DNA from: Squalus acanthias
Lineage: Eukaryota
Reading direction: 5' to 3'
Assembly: GCA_030390025.1 (NCBI GenBank)
Contig: CM059432.1
Span: forward strand, 51,648,001 to 51,712,000
DNA: 64,000 bases
The stretch's first letter is position 1, and each line of letters begins with the position of its first letter. Shown piece after piece: positions 23,870-37,220 of this stretch. A program made the translations under genes and the position numbers. The notes beneath the pieces were generated by a model, which was not told the DNA's origin, did no database searches, and worked only from the letters and a program-made list of their open reading frames with translations.

Positions 23870-25990
23870 GTCTAACCTCACTAACCTTCCTCTCTCGCCC
23901 ACCTCACTCACCATCGCCCCTTGGACTCTGCCGGAAGATCAACAATCACCACGCTGCTCCACATTTCCCTGCAGAATGTCTGCTCACCCGTGAGCAAGGA
24001 CCTTGCCATTTTTGTGGATGATTGTATTGACACCCTGGCATTGATTTAGTTGGCTCACGTTGACGATAACTTGCCCCTTATCTAAGCCTTTCAATCTGAC
24101 TATACTTTCGGCATTCGCCTTGTTCAAACTGTCATGGTGGCAGCATGGCCCTTATTACCAAGTCACACCTTGGCCTCTCACCCTTCTTTTCTTTTGAGCA
24201 CTACATCTTGTTCTACACCTCACACCTCTCCTTAAAAATCCTTCCCTTCCTGGCCTGCATGCTAGCAGACATTGTAAGTGGTTCCCTCTCCTAAAGAAGT
24301 GTCCCCCTCCATTTCAAAACTTCCATCACCCCCTCTTTAAAAATTCGCCCTCAACTCTTTTGTCCTACCACCTCATCTCCAACCTCCCTTTTCTTTGCAA
24401 AGTCCTGGAATGTGCTGCCTCCCTGATTCTCATTCCCACCACTCTTGCAACTCCATGTTTGAATCTCTCCAATCAGGTTTCCACCCTTCCCAGAGGACCT
24501 TAACCAAAGCCACAAATTACATTCTCTGTGACTATGGTGCACTATCCCTACTTATCCTCGTTGACCTCTCTGCAGCCTTCAACACACCTGATCACATTAT
24601 CCTTCTCCAATGTCATTCCTCCATTATCCAGTTCAGTGGGACTGCCTTTACTAGGTTCCACTCTTACCTCTCTGATCAGAGCATCTCTGGCAATGGCTTT
24701 TCTTCCCATTTCCACATTGTCTCCTCCAAAGTTATCCATAGATCATTCCTTGGCCCGCTCCTCTTCATCATCTACATATTGTCCCTTGGCGACATTATCC
24801 ACACTAATGGGATCAGCTTCTAGATGTATGCTGATGATACTGAGCACTACGTCTCCATAACCTCTCGACCCCTCTATTGCCTCTGTGCTTTCAAACTGAT
24901 TATCTTTGATGAGCCATAATTTTCTCCAGTTAAATTGTAAGAAGACCAAAGCCATCATCTTCATCCCCCACCACAAACTCCATACCCTTGCCATCGATTC
25001 CATCTCTCTCCCCAGACACAGTCTCGGGCTGAACCAGACTGGGGGGAAAAATTCAGTTGCGCCCCCTTTAGGGCGCTAACTACGCCAGGGCGCTACTTTT
25101 AGTGCCCCGAAAAAGTTAGTGCCCCCGTGCCATAAATTGAGTGATAGCACCCCAAGCAGGAGGCGGGGTGCTACTGGAAGCACTCCCCCTCCTTCCTGGG
25201 GCGCGACCAAAGTTTGCAGCCGGGGCGCGAGTGGGGCGCTGCGTACGGCAATGATATAATCGCCGGAGGCGCAGCACCGCAGGGCGCTACCTCCCGCTGA
25301 ATTTCGCGGGAGGCATTAGCGGCGCCACGCCCAGGTGCTAGGTGCTTCACAGACCGGGGGGGGGCGCTAATGGGAGGCGCAAAGCAACCCAATTTTTCCT
25401 CCATGGTCTCTTATTCGACCCCAAGCTCATATCCTTTCCATCACAAAGACCACCTACTTCCAGCTCCATAATATCATCCACCTCCACCCGTATCTCAGTA
25501 TTTAGCTTATCCAAAGCTCTGCTACTCTATTCTGTCCTGCGCTAAATCCTGCTCATCTATCATCCTAGAGCTTGCCTTCCAATCCCCCAACACCACAATT
25601 TAAAATTTCACATTCTTGTGTTCAAATAAATGCCTCCAGGGTCTCGCTCCTTCCTGTCTCTATAACCTCCTTCAGTGCTACAAGCGCCCTCTTGAACTCT
25701 CTCTTCCTCTGTCTCTGGCCTTTTGTGCATCCTCTGCTTCCTTTGCCCCACCTTTGGCAGTCATATCTTTAGCTACCTAGGCCTTATGCTCTAGAATTCT
25801 CTCCCTAAACCCCTCTGCCTCATCACCTCCCTGTCTTCTTATAAAACCTACCTCTTTGCCTAAGATTTTGCTCACATCTCCTAATATCTCCTGCTTTGGC
25901 TTAGCATTAGTTTTCTCCTTACGACTCTGTGAAGCACCTTGGGATGTTTCTTCAAAATTAAAGGTGCTTTATAATTCAAGTGTTTGTTGT
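23870..25990 (+). mobile_element. Degenerate, multiply deleted L2 LINE
   Basis: Endonuclease-like ISLQNVCS...DDCID at about 23960-24035, then LQSGFHP, LVDLSAAFNT, LGPLLFIIY and MYADD, and an L2 tail at about 25850-25990. Confidence 0.8.
25042..25402. mobile_element. Short relative of MITE family B inserted in L2
   Basis: TIR GGGGGAAAAATTCAG / CCAATTTTTCCTCC. The right end GGCGCTAATGGGAGGCGCAAAGCAACC matches the family B terminus. Dense GGCGC/GCGCC motifs. Confidence 0.8.
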
Positions 25991-27479
25991 TTTAATTGTA
26001 GTACATCATTTGAAATTACATCAGAGGATCCTCTATTATAAGTGATCTACAATTTCTCCTGCAAGATTACACTAATGTGTGAGAAAAACATTCGACCACA
26101 TCATTGATGAAGTACTTGAAATGACTGTTTTTGAATATTTGCATTTTCTTACCAGAACCAATCCTACTGAATTTTAAAAATGTCTGATGGAATCCTATGA
26201 ATTGTAGCGATTAGTTTAGTAATTGTTGACTAACTTAAAGGACAATTTCTAGAGGTTATGTAATGTCACATGGTCATTTGTAGTTCATAGTTTTAATGCA
26301 AATAGGACTTGTGGCATACATGCAATTACAATAAACTTTTAAAAATCAGAACTCTTCGATGGAATGGACTAGGAAACTTTTAAATTTGGATTTGTGTCCA
26401 TTCTAAACTGATGGGATTAACAGTCTGCTACCTATGCCAGCTGTAAAAGTCCAATATGAGATGATTTAAGTCTAATTGTTTGGCTTAAGTAGAGGAAGCT
26501 TTATCCTGCAGCTTGCTTGTTCTGCACTTGTGCTGGGCATGTTTTTTGCTGGTACCAGGTACCCAGAGTGAAGTAAGCATCAGATTTTCATAATCTCTTC
26601 CCTAAAGTATTTAACATGGTCTATTGATGTACATAGAGTTTGTAAATATCCTTTTTTTTATTTATTCACAGGATTAGGGAAACACTGGCAAGGCTGTATT
26701 TATTCCCCATACCTGAGTGACTAGCTACTGCCACTTCAGAGGTTATCAAGAGTTATATATTGTCAATATTTTTCCTGATGCTAGCCCACAAATTACCAGA
26801 TTCATTGAATTCAAATCACAACTCTCCATGTTGGGATTTGAACTCATAACCTCTGGGTTCACTAGTTTAGTAATGATGAGGACGCTGGCAGCAGGAGCGG
26901 GATTTTGGGTCACTTACTGGGACCCCAGGAAACAGTCCCCGGCACTAAGGTAAGTCTTCGGGAGGGGTCGGGTGGCCATTGTGGTCAGGGTAGGGGAGGC
27001 CATTCCTACTCCTCTTGGTCCACTAGGAAACCAGTAAAATTTTAAAGTATTCACCTTGCTGGGCCTCTTCTGGCCTGGATCTATCTGACGCCAGCTATCA
27101 ATGACGCCACCAACACTGTGCACAACTTGCATGGCTTGGGATTAAATTCGCATTAGCGTCCGAATGAAGTCATTGGACCCCATCTTTTGAATATTTATGA
27201 GGGCGTCACATGTCTTCCAAAACCCGAGAGTTAAATTATCGGTCGGCGGGAGTGCACAGCAGATTGGGAGGTAAGTACTCTACCCCTATTTTAAACCTCA
27301 CATGCCTCATTCTCATCGGGTGCGAGAGGTTAAAATTGGGGCTTAAGTTCCTGTTTTGGTACTCCTTGCAGAGAACTGAGAAGAATACTCAAAATTATTA
27401 GTTAGGCCAAGCATGTGTTAGATATTTTAAATAATGGTCTATGTGCCTTGTGATTGCCAAATTTTGGAATTGAGTACAG

Positions 27480-28570
27480 AGTACAGAAGTGATGTGACAC
27501 TCTGAAAGGCCCTGTCAACAGTAGCTCCACCAGAGCCAAGGTGGCAGCTGTCTGAGCTTCCAAGGCAGCAGTGTGTCCATCGAGTTGACCACTCAGTCCA
27601 TATTGGACAGAATGGACTCCATGCTCTATGAAAGCCACGACACAAGTTGGAGCTGGACTCCTCCATGCTCTGAGCCATTTGGTCTAAGCTTACTAGCAGG
27701 TTGCCCAGTGCACCTGGTATTTCCTGGTATATCCCCATCAGCCTTCTACAGTAGCCTGGGTCCTCAAAGTCAGCATCTGGGTGCTCTGCAGCAGAGCTAT
27801 TATGTGATCTTGCCCTCCGGCGAGCTGGCGCCTGTCACATCCTATCCACTTGCCCTAGTTTGTCAGCTGCAGTTTGTCATGCAGAGTGTGTAGGGTGAAA
27901 TAGAAGTAAGAAGTGAAAAAGAAGAAAAGGGTGTGTAGAAATACTGCGCAATGTCTCCTCCAGCATTGCCATTCACCACAACCATGACTCTCCCCCTACC
28001 CGTGATGGCCAGCAGGTTTTCTTCCACAGGGGAGAGGATATATATGTGGGCTCGGCCTCCTCCAGTGGCAGCGTCCTGGCACAGGTTATGCACGACATTC
28101 TCCTTCGAGAAAGAAGGACGTATGTGACAGCCTCATGAGATGTTTAGAGAATGTGCCTACCATGGTCGAATAGTTATACAGTGTGTAATATGTGGGGTGT
28201 GGAGAAGTGAGGGCTGTAATAGTGGTGAGTGTGTGAGGAAAAGGAGGTGGAGTAAAGTGTGGTGCAAAATCCGAGCAGGGGAATAATGTGAGTGTTGAGG
28301 CTGGAGGTGGTGAAATTCTTTCAGCATTGCAGCCATGTTCTGGGAGCTCAGCTCCTGGCATTGACCTCTTCAGCGACCTCTTCCCACTGGCAGTGGAGGT
28401 GTTGCCTGGAGAGCTTTCTTTCCCCTGGGCGGAGCAGGTTCTCCCTCCTTTTGTCGACCACCTGAACCAGGGCCTCCAACACAGCATCAGAGAACCTGGG
28501 TGCCCAGTCTGGATCACTTCCAGCCACCTTTTACAATTTCTGAAATTTCCCTGTTGTCTGTAGCCAGAGT
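27480..28570 (-). pseudogene. Harbinger Myb/SANT partner gene remnant, three exons
   Basis: APRFSDAVLEALVQVVDKRRENL...QWEEVAEEVNARS*APRTWLQC*KNF; exon 2 ENVVHNLCQDAATGGGRAHI; exon 3 GALGNLLVSLDQMAQSMEESS and ALEAQTAA. Confidence 0.8.
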
Positions 28571-30553
28571 GTATCCTGCCCCTCTCCCGTCCCTCCGCCA
28601 CCACCACCCCCCCCCCCCACCCCACCCCACCCCCACCAGTTAGAGGTGCTGGCTGCCTTTAAGTGGTGTTAGAGACACCCAATTTCCCATGGGTAGTGCT
28701 GGCTGCACACCTGAATCATTTTACTGAGGTCCTAGCATAACTTTCACAGAGTCCCTGGGACCACATAAACAGGCGTGTACAGCACGCCCCACCTCCTGCG
28801 TGCTCATTCCAAGTCCCATAGCTGTTGGTTATACTTGTGAGATATGTGACAAAATTGGAAGAAACAAGATTTCCATTGGCCTGTTCAAGGGCTAGGAGGA
28901 GATTCAGCCATTGCATTTTCAGAGGAACAGAGGTAGTATGCACTGAGGGTGTATGATCTGAAGAAAGCTGATGAATGTAGTGTGGAATCATCAGCAAAAT
29001 AGTGCATAGGATTGGATGATGAGTGGAAGGAGTTATTGTGAAGAAGGAGCAGAGACAGAGAGATGATATAAAATTATGGGCGGTGAGGACACACATTTCT
29101 GAGATGTGTCTCTTCTGGAGGCAAGGCTTTGTGCTTGGAATGTTAACCTGTAAAATGAACCTATAGTGCCAAACAAGATGTGAGTGGCTTTCAAAACACG
29201 ATTCCGTGTAAGAGATTCTGCAAGAGACAAATATAAGGCAGTGGATAGTGGAGCCCAAATGGTGAATACAGAAAGTACAGAGAAGAACTGTAAAAGGAAA
29301 TAAGAGGGGCAAAGAGAGTGTATGAGAATAGATGAGTGGGTAACATAAAAGGGAACCCTAAAGTCTTTTATAAACATATAAATAGTAAAAGGAAGGTTAG
29401 GGCTGATTAAGGACCAAAAAGGAGATCTTCTTGTAGAAGCAGAGGGCATTGGCTGAGGCACTAAATGAGTACTTTGCATCTGTCTTCACTAAAGAAGAGG
29501 ATACTGCCAATGTCGCAGTAAAGGAGGAGGTAGTAGAGAAATTGGATAGGATAAAAATAAAGAGGAGGTACTTCAAAGGCTGGGAGTCCTCAAAGTAGAA
29601 AAGTCACCTGGTCCGAATGAGATGCATCCTAGATTACTGAGAGAAGTAACGGTGGAAATTGACAAGGCACTGGCCACAATCTTCCAGTCCTCTTTGGATA
29701 TGGGGGTGATGCCAGAGGGCTGGAGGATTACAAATGTTACACCCCTGTTCAAAAAAGGGGAGAGGAATAAACCGGGCAACAACAGGCCAGTCAGTGATTG
29801 GGAAACTTTTAGAGACAATATTCCGAGACAAAATTAATTGGCACTTGGAAAAATATCAATTAATAAATGAAAGCCAGCACGGATTTTTTCAAGGCAAATC
29901 GTGTTTGACTAACTTGATTGAATTCTTTGATGAAGTAATGGAGAGGGTTGATGATGGTAGTATGGTTGATGTTGTGTACATGGACTTTCAAAAGGCATTT
30001 GACAAAGTATCATGTAATAAACTTGTTAGCAAAATTGAAGCCCACGAGATTAAATGAGCAGTGGCTACATGGATACAAAATTGGCTAAGGAACAGAAAGC
30101 AGAGAGTAGTTGTGAATGTTTGTTCTTCAGACTGGATGGAAGTATGCAGTGGTGTCCCCCAGGGTTTGGTGTTGAGACCGCTGCTCTTTTTGATATATAT
30201 TGATGACCTGGACTTGGGTATACAGGACATAATTTCAAAGTTTGCAGATGAAACAATACTCAGAAATGTAGTAAACAGTGAGGAGGATAGTAACAGACTT
30301 CAGGAGGACATACACAGACTGGTGAAATGGGCAGATACATGATAGATGGGATTTAACGCAGAGAAGTGTGGTGCTTAATTTTGGTAGTAAGAATGAGGAG
30401 AGACAATATAAACTACATGGTACAATTTTAAAGTGGCCGCAAGAACAGAGAGACCTGGAGATGTATGTCCACAAATCTTTGAAGGTGGCAGGACAAGTTG
30501 AGAAGGCTGTTAAAAAGGAATATGGGCTCCTTGGCTTTATAAATAGAGGCATA

Positions 30554-31448
30554 GGGGGAAAAATTCAGTTGGTTGCGCCTCCTGTTAGCGCCTTAAGAGG
30601 GCGCTAATGGGGCGCAAAGCAACTAGCGCCCGGGCGCGGCGATGTTTGCGCCTCTCGCGAAATTAACTAGACATTTTGCGGCGGCGCTAAACAGTACCGC
30701 CATGATCTCCTGCGCCGGCAGATCGTGACGTCAGTCGAGTGCGCAATGCCCCGGTAGCACCCCGGAGCGGATATTGAGTGGCGCCCCCTGCCTTACTGCC
30801 TGCCGCTAGCAACGACAGGTTGAGGGGAGCGTTTTGCAGTCAGGAAGGGACTGGGGGAGCGCTATTTAAAGGCGACCGCTTCCTGCCTTTTTTTGAAGGC
30901 GACATTTTTGAACCACGCATTCTGAGAGAGAGAGAGAGAGAGACTTCTGGAGAGATTCAACGCTGTGTGAAGGAGTTTTGGGTACTGAGCAGCACTTTAC
31001 AGGTTCCTTTTGATTTGCCCTTCCTTGTATCGATTTAGAAGAGACTATGGGGGCTGCACTCTGAGCTCTTTCCCTGGGCCTCTCCATTGTTCTTTCCAGC
31101 AGATTTGATGTACAGGTCTCTCCAGGCCGAGATTCAAGGCTGCAATGTGCAGGATGTGGATGGAAAGCAAGATCAACCCTCCCATTTAAGAACTGGCCGG
31201 GGCCATTGTGTCTGTGTTCCATTGCTGACTGAGATCACAGGAGCTTCGCCAGCGCTCTGAGTTAGCGCCTCGCTCCTCGGCCTTTGCGCCTTAAGACAGA
31301 TGTGTAGCACCTGATTTAGCGCTCCAATCACCTCCAGGGGTGATAAAAGTGAAGTTTGCAGTCAGAGGCGATAATTAGCGCCAGGCGCTAATCTTTGCGC
31401 CCGGCCGATAATTGCGCCCCAAATGGGGCGATACTGAATTTTTCCCCC
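30554..31448 (+). mobile_element. CpG-rich Harbinger-type MITE family B copy 1 (895 bp)
   Basis: TIR GGGGGAAAAATTCAGT / ACTGAATTTTTCCCCC, TSD ATA. Same-length inverted copy at 61331-62225. Confidence 0.93.
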
Positions 31449-31801
31449 ATAGAGTACAAAAGCAAGGAAGTTATGCTAAACCTTTATAAAATACTGATTA
31501 GGCCCCAGCTGGAGTATTGTGTTCAATTCTGGGCACCACACTTTAGGAATGATGTAAAGGCCTTGGAGAGGGTGCAGAGGAGATTTACTGGAATGGTACA
31601 AGGGATGCAGGACTTCAGTTATGCAGAGAGACTGGAGAAGCTACGGTTGTTCACATTAGAGCAGAGAAGGTTAAGAGGAGATTGGATAGATGTGTTCAAA
31701 ATCATGAATGGTTTTGATATAGTAAATAAAGAGAAACTGTTTCCAGTGACAGAAGGGTCGGTGACCAGAGGACACAGATTTAAGGTAATTGGCAAAAGAA
31801 G

Positions 31802-32570
31802 CAACAACAACAACTTATATTTATATAGCGCCTTTATCGTAGTAAAACGTCCAAAGGCGCTTCACAGGAGCGTTACAAACAAAATTTGACACCGAGCCAC
31901 ATAAGGAGATATTTGGACAGGTGACCAAAGCTTGACCAAAGAGGTAGGTTTTAAAGGAGGAGAAAGAGGTAGCGAGATGGAGGGGTTTAGGGAGGGAATT
32001 CCAGAGCTTAGGGCCTAGGCAACTGAAGGCATGGCCACCAATGGTGGAAAGATTAAAATCAGGGCTGCGCAAGAGGCCAGATTTGGAGGAGCGCAGAGAT
32101 TTTGGAAAGTTGTGGGGCTGGTGGAGGTTACAGAGAAAAGGAGGGGTCTGGCAATGGAGGGATTTGAAAACAAGGATGAGAATTTTAAAATCGAGGCATT
32201 ACTCAACTGGGAGCCCATGTAGGTCAGCGAGCACAGGGGTGATGGGTGAACTGGTCTTGGTGCAACTTAGAATACGGGCAGCAGAGTTTTGGATGAGTTC
32301 AAGTTTATGTAGAGTGGAAGATTGGAGGCCGGCCAGGAGAGCGTTGGAATAGTCAAGTCTAGAGGTGTGGATGTGGGTTTCAGCAGCAGATGAGCTGATG
32401 CAGGGGCGGAGTCGGGCGATGTTACGGAGATGGAAGTAGATGGTTTTAGTGATGGAGCGGATATGTGGTCACAAGCTCATGTCGGGGTCAAATACAACAC
32501 CAAGGTTGCAAACAGTCTAGTTTAGCCTCAGTCAGTTGCCAGGGAGAGGTATGGAGTCGATGGCTAGGGA
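31802..32570 (-). mobile_element. L2 LINE 3' fragment inserted in CR1
   Basis: (CAA)n tail and TTATATAGCGCCTTT. Minus-strand AFSCLGPKLWNSLP. Confidence 0.88.
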
Positions 32571-33184
32571 GCTTGTGTCAGCAGAGGAAACATGAAGAAA
32601 GAAAATTTACACAGTGAGTTGTCATGATCTGGAATGCACTGCCTGAAAGGGTGGTGGAATTCAATAGTACCATTCAAAAGGAAATTGGATAAATACTTGA
32701 AGGGGAAAATTTTGCAGGGCTATGGGGAAAGAACAGGGGAGTGGGACTAATTGGATAGCTTGTTCAAACAGCTGGCACAGGCACGATGTGCCGAATGGTC
32801 TCCTTCTGTTCTGTATCATTATATGACACAGATTGGAGGTGAATATAAAGTCTAGGAGATTAGCTGGGTTAATGGCCCCATCAGAGAACAGTAGGCTGAT
32901 TGATGAATTATTTAGGATAACAATGGACCTGGCATTAAGCCAGGCTGATCAGTGACAAAAGAGAAGCGGGGGCATTTTCGATGGTGAACAATAAAATCTC
33001 CAAGAACCGACTTAATTTAATTTGACAAAAAAGTTGAAACGTTATAGAAACATATCAAAGTTAGGAGAGTGATGAAGACACCAGATGAATTTAATGAGAT
33101 AATGAATTGGAGTTCTTTGAGGAAATAGTGTATTGATAAAATAAATGGACTGCGTGTTACGTACATGTATTACCATTTACATTC

Positions 33185-34175
33185 CACTTTTCAAAAGGTG
33201 TGTGATAAATTGTCACATAGGCGATTTGATAATAAAATGAAGGCACCATGTTAAGGGGGATGTGGCAGCATGGATAGTAAATTAGTTAAAAGAGAGAAAA
33301 CAGAGTAGTGGTTACCAGATGTGTTTTGAATTAGACAGATGTGTGTCCTCCATGGGTCACTGTTGGGACCTTTGCTCATCTTTCTCACTCTATTTCTCTT
33401 TATAAATGATCTGGATTTGGGTTTAGGGGGGCACAATATCAACATTTGCAGATGACACAAAACTAGGGAGTATGGTTAAGTGTGAAGAGGGCAGTAAGCG
33501 AGAGGTTAGTTGATTGGACAGATCGATGTCAGGTTACAGTTAATGTAGAGAAATGTGAGGTGATGTACTTTTGGAAGGAAGAATAGGGAGAATACGTGTG
33601 CAAAATGGTAAAACTTTAAAATAAGTAGAGGAGCAGTCTTAGGAGTTCAGATACACAAAACTTTAAAATTGGGAGGCCAAGTTGATAATGCTGTAAAAAT
33701 GCAAAGAGGAAATGATAAAATTATATAAATCATAGAGTTTCAGTGATGAGAGTCTTTAATTATCAGGTGCCACTAGAGGAATTGGCGTTCTTTTCATTCA
33801 GATCATGAAGGTTAAGAGATCTGATAGATATGTTTAAAATTATAAGGGGTTTTGATAAGGTAAATCAGGAAAAACTATTTCCACGGGTTGCTGAGTAGGT
33901 CACTAGAAGGCAAATTTAAGATCATCACCATAAGAATGAATGGTGAGAGGTTAGGAGAATTGTTTCACTTTTTTTATGCAGAGTTGTTAAGACCCAGCAG
34001 AAACAGTGGTGGAAGCAGAATCCATAATAACTTTTAAAAGGGAAATACATAAATATTTGAAAAAGAATTTAAAAGGGTACGGGGGAAGGTCATGGGAATG
34101 GATGGATCGCTCCCTCAGAGAGCTGGCACAGGTACGATGGGTCATATGGTCTCTTTCTGTGTTGTAAAATACTAT
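33185..34175 (+). mobile_element. Old degenerate CR1 LINE 3' portion
   Basis: DFQK-like motif, ACATTTGCAGATGACACAAAACT (FADDTK) and a CR1-type 3' UTR. Confidence 0.75.
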
Positions 34176-35055
34176 GGGGGAAAAATTCGGTTGCTTTGCG
34201 CCTCCCGTTAGCACCCTAAGAGGGCGCGAATGGGGCGCAAAGCAACTAGCGCCCGGGCGCAGCTATGTTTGCGCCGCTCGCGAAATCGACCAGACATTTT
34301 GCGGCGGCGCTAAACATTACCGCCATGATCTCCTGCGCCGGCAGATCGTGACGTCAGTCGAGCGTGCAATGCCCCGGTAGCATCCCGGACCGGATATTGA
34401 GTGGCGCCCCCTGCCTTACCGCCTGCCACTAGCAATGACAGGTTGAGGGGAGCGTTTGCAGTCGGGAAGGGACTGGGGGAGCGCTATTTAAAGGCGACCG
34501 CTTCCTGCCTTTTTTGTCAGCGACATTTTTGCACCACGCATTCTGAGAGAGAGAGAGAGAGAGACTTCTGGAGAGATTCAACGCTGTGTGAAGGCGTTTT
34601 GGGTACTGAGCAGCACTTTGCAGGTTCATTTTGATTTGACCTTCCTTGCATCGATTTAGAAGAGACTTTGGGGGCTGCACTCTGAGCTCTTTCCTTGGGC
34701 CTCTCCATTGTTCTTTCCAGCAGATTTGATGTACAGGTCTCTCCAGGCCGAGATTCAAGGCTGCAATGAGCAGGTTGTGGATGGGGAGCAAGATCAACAC
34801 TCGCCTTTAAGAACTGGCCGGCGCCAGTGTGTCTGTGTTCCATTGCTAACTGACACCACATGAGCTTCGCCAGCGCTCTGAGGTAGCACCTCGCTCCTCA
34901 GCGTTAGCACCTTAAGAGAGGTGTGTAGCGCCTGATTTAGCGCTCCAATCACCTCCAGCGGCGATAGAAGCCAAGTTTGCAGTCGGAGGCGATAATTAGC
35001 GCCAGGCGCTAAACTTTGCACCCAGCCGAAAGGGGCGATACCAAATTTCTCTCCC
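34176..35055 (+). mobile_element. MITE family B copy 2
   Basis: Colinear with 30554-31448. TIR GGGGGAAAAATTCGG / CCAAATTTCTCTCCC. Flanks TAT/TTT. Confidence 0.9.
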
Positions 35056-35315
35056 TTTGATTCTAAAGGGGAGATTTTTACCATTAAAAAAGAAAAAAGT
35101 TCGGTGGTTCAAGGGAGCTAATCTGAGAACAGAATGAAAATAAACACATACACGTCCTTTGGATTAGAAGTTGGAGTGGAACATATTAGAGAGAAACTTT
35201 TAGGAGGAAGAGTCAGAAAGAGTAAAGATACAGGTTATAGGCAGAAGCAATAGATAAGGGTGTAATGATTGACTGTAGAAGTGGACAGGACGAGATTCAA
35301 GCAGATGCTAAGAAT

Positions 35316-36077
35316 GGCCCAGAAATTCGGGTCTCCAGGGGTGAGTACGTGCTGTGTACTTACCCGTAGGCCCAACGAAAGTGCCGGTTTTGCGTATGCA
35401 CTGCACATGCGCGGGAAACCGGAACTTCCGTTCCCTTGAAGGAAGGGGTTCACAGGTCAAATGCGTGCGCCGGAGAGGCAGCGCATACGCCTGGAACTTT
35501 GGCTTTTTTATAGGTTTCTCCGTGCAGTTAAGTCCCTAGCAGCTGCGCGGGGAAAAAGCAGGCACAAGGCCTGCTTTTAACAAGGTAAGTGGTGAATTAA
35601 GTAAAATTAAAACATTTTTTCCACAGGTTTATTATTTTTAAATACTTTAAAGAAAGGTAAGTTTATTTTTAGCCCCGTTAAAAACTGTAATTAATTTTTT
35701 CAAAAATGTAAATTATTGTTTAAAATAGTTATTTTATGTAATTTATAGTTATTTTAAAAATGTGATGTTTTTTTTTATTTATTTGAAGTTTTAGTTAGGT
35801 TTTGGGGCCGATCTCTATTCATAGATTTGACAGGTCTTCCTGTCAAATCTATGAATGGAGATTCCCTGCTACGATTGGCTCTCCATGGCCCACGTGATCC
35901 CAGGGGATGCTTCGAACTAACTGCGCCGCTGGGATCCGTGAGCACTGCGCACTGGCAGCTGAAGGAGGCCCAGGACCCGAATCCCACGCAGGCCCACAGC
36001 ACAACGGCAGGCGCGCTAGGTAAGTGCAGGTCGGGGGCTTGCACCCGCGGTAAGCCTCTGACCCAAATTTCTGGCCC
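35316..36077 (+). mobile_element. MITE family A copy 2
   Basis: TIR GGCCCAGAAATTCGGG / CCCAAATTTCTGGCCC, TSD AAT. Confidence 0.9.
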
Positions 36078-37220
36078 AATTAAATTGCAGAAGTGCAGAA
36101 TAAAATGATCTAAGGAAGAAGAAGCCGAAAAAGGCACATACAAGTTTGGATGTCTCAGAAGTTATGGTGAGTTTTGTATCTTTAAGTTGGACTGCATATT
36201 GATCATGATGCCAATGGAGAGAATAAAAGCAAAAAACCACTATAACATGCGAGGTGGCTAATAGATCACACAATGGTGTGCATTGTGGCTTATCCACGAC
36301 CTTAGAATTGTCCCAGACGTAGCTTTCCCAACCACTGAGACACCCACTTAGTGAGGAGCAGGATTTACGTCTTTTAATGCGGCAGCTTCCTAAAGTGGCA
36401 ACATTGAGGTCAAACTCCTAATGATCAGGTGGCTGCACTTTGAATCTGCATTTCACCATGGTAGGAATGACCCTCCTAACACCTTGAGTGGTGGAGCAGA
36501 GGCAAGATGTAAAGAGCTGAGAAACTAAAAGACCACTGGAATAAAATGTGTTAGACATGTTACTCTTTCAAGTAGAATGGTCTAAAGAATTTCTGTGAGG
36601 TAGAAATTGCTAACATAAGCAATCAAGTTGCTATCAGCCATCCGTGAGGAATGTGAACCCATTAATAGCTGCAACTGCAGTGCTGATGCACAGTGTAGTC
36701 AGGACAAAAACACCTGCAGTAAGTTAAATATTTCATAACTCAAGTACATGGCCTTGATTCACTTTTGCCACAATATCATGTCATTTAAGAGAGCCCCATA
36801 ATTTATTTATACAGCCACCTATCAAGGGCTACTTATTTTAATCAATAGCTTGCAAAATTTGATGAAACTGCTGACAAAAAAATCTTTTGTGCCTTATATT
36901 TTGAACTGTTACTTATGTGATTCATATAGTGATTGGAAAAATAGTGCAGAGTACTTCAAGTTTCAACATCAATGACCAAATTTGGTATACACAATATGTT
37001 GCCTAAATGATAAGGTCATGTTTTATTAAACCAATTTCCATAATAATTTTAAAGTAACTTCATATATAAAATATAAGACAGCACAGCATTCATTAGTGTG
37101 TAAGAACCACTTAAGTATAAGAGTTACTGAATATCAGCATTGTGTTTACATGATAACCAAACCAATATGAGCAGTACTATGGATGACTAGTGTATATTTT
37201 TTCTGTACACTTCAGGCAAG

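Larger units (their letters stand above)
29290..32825 (+). mobile_element. CR1 LINE, interrupted by MITE B1 and an antisense L2
   Basis: HPRLLREV, SQHGF..KSCLTNLIEFFDEV, SGVPQG, ISKFADET. The sequence AGAGGC-ATA-GAGTAC is split by the MITE. 3' end resumes at about 32580. Confidence 0.92.

Noticed and set aside
30866..31222. About 118-aa ORF open in MITE B copies (also 61557-61913 and 34517-34861)
   Set aside because: The copies are young, differ by many amino-acid changes, one has a different C-terminal end, and the frame runs through a (CT)n microsatellite. No recognisable domain.
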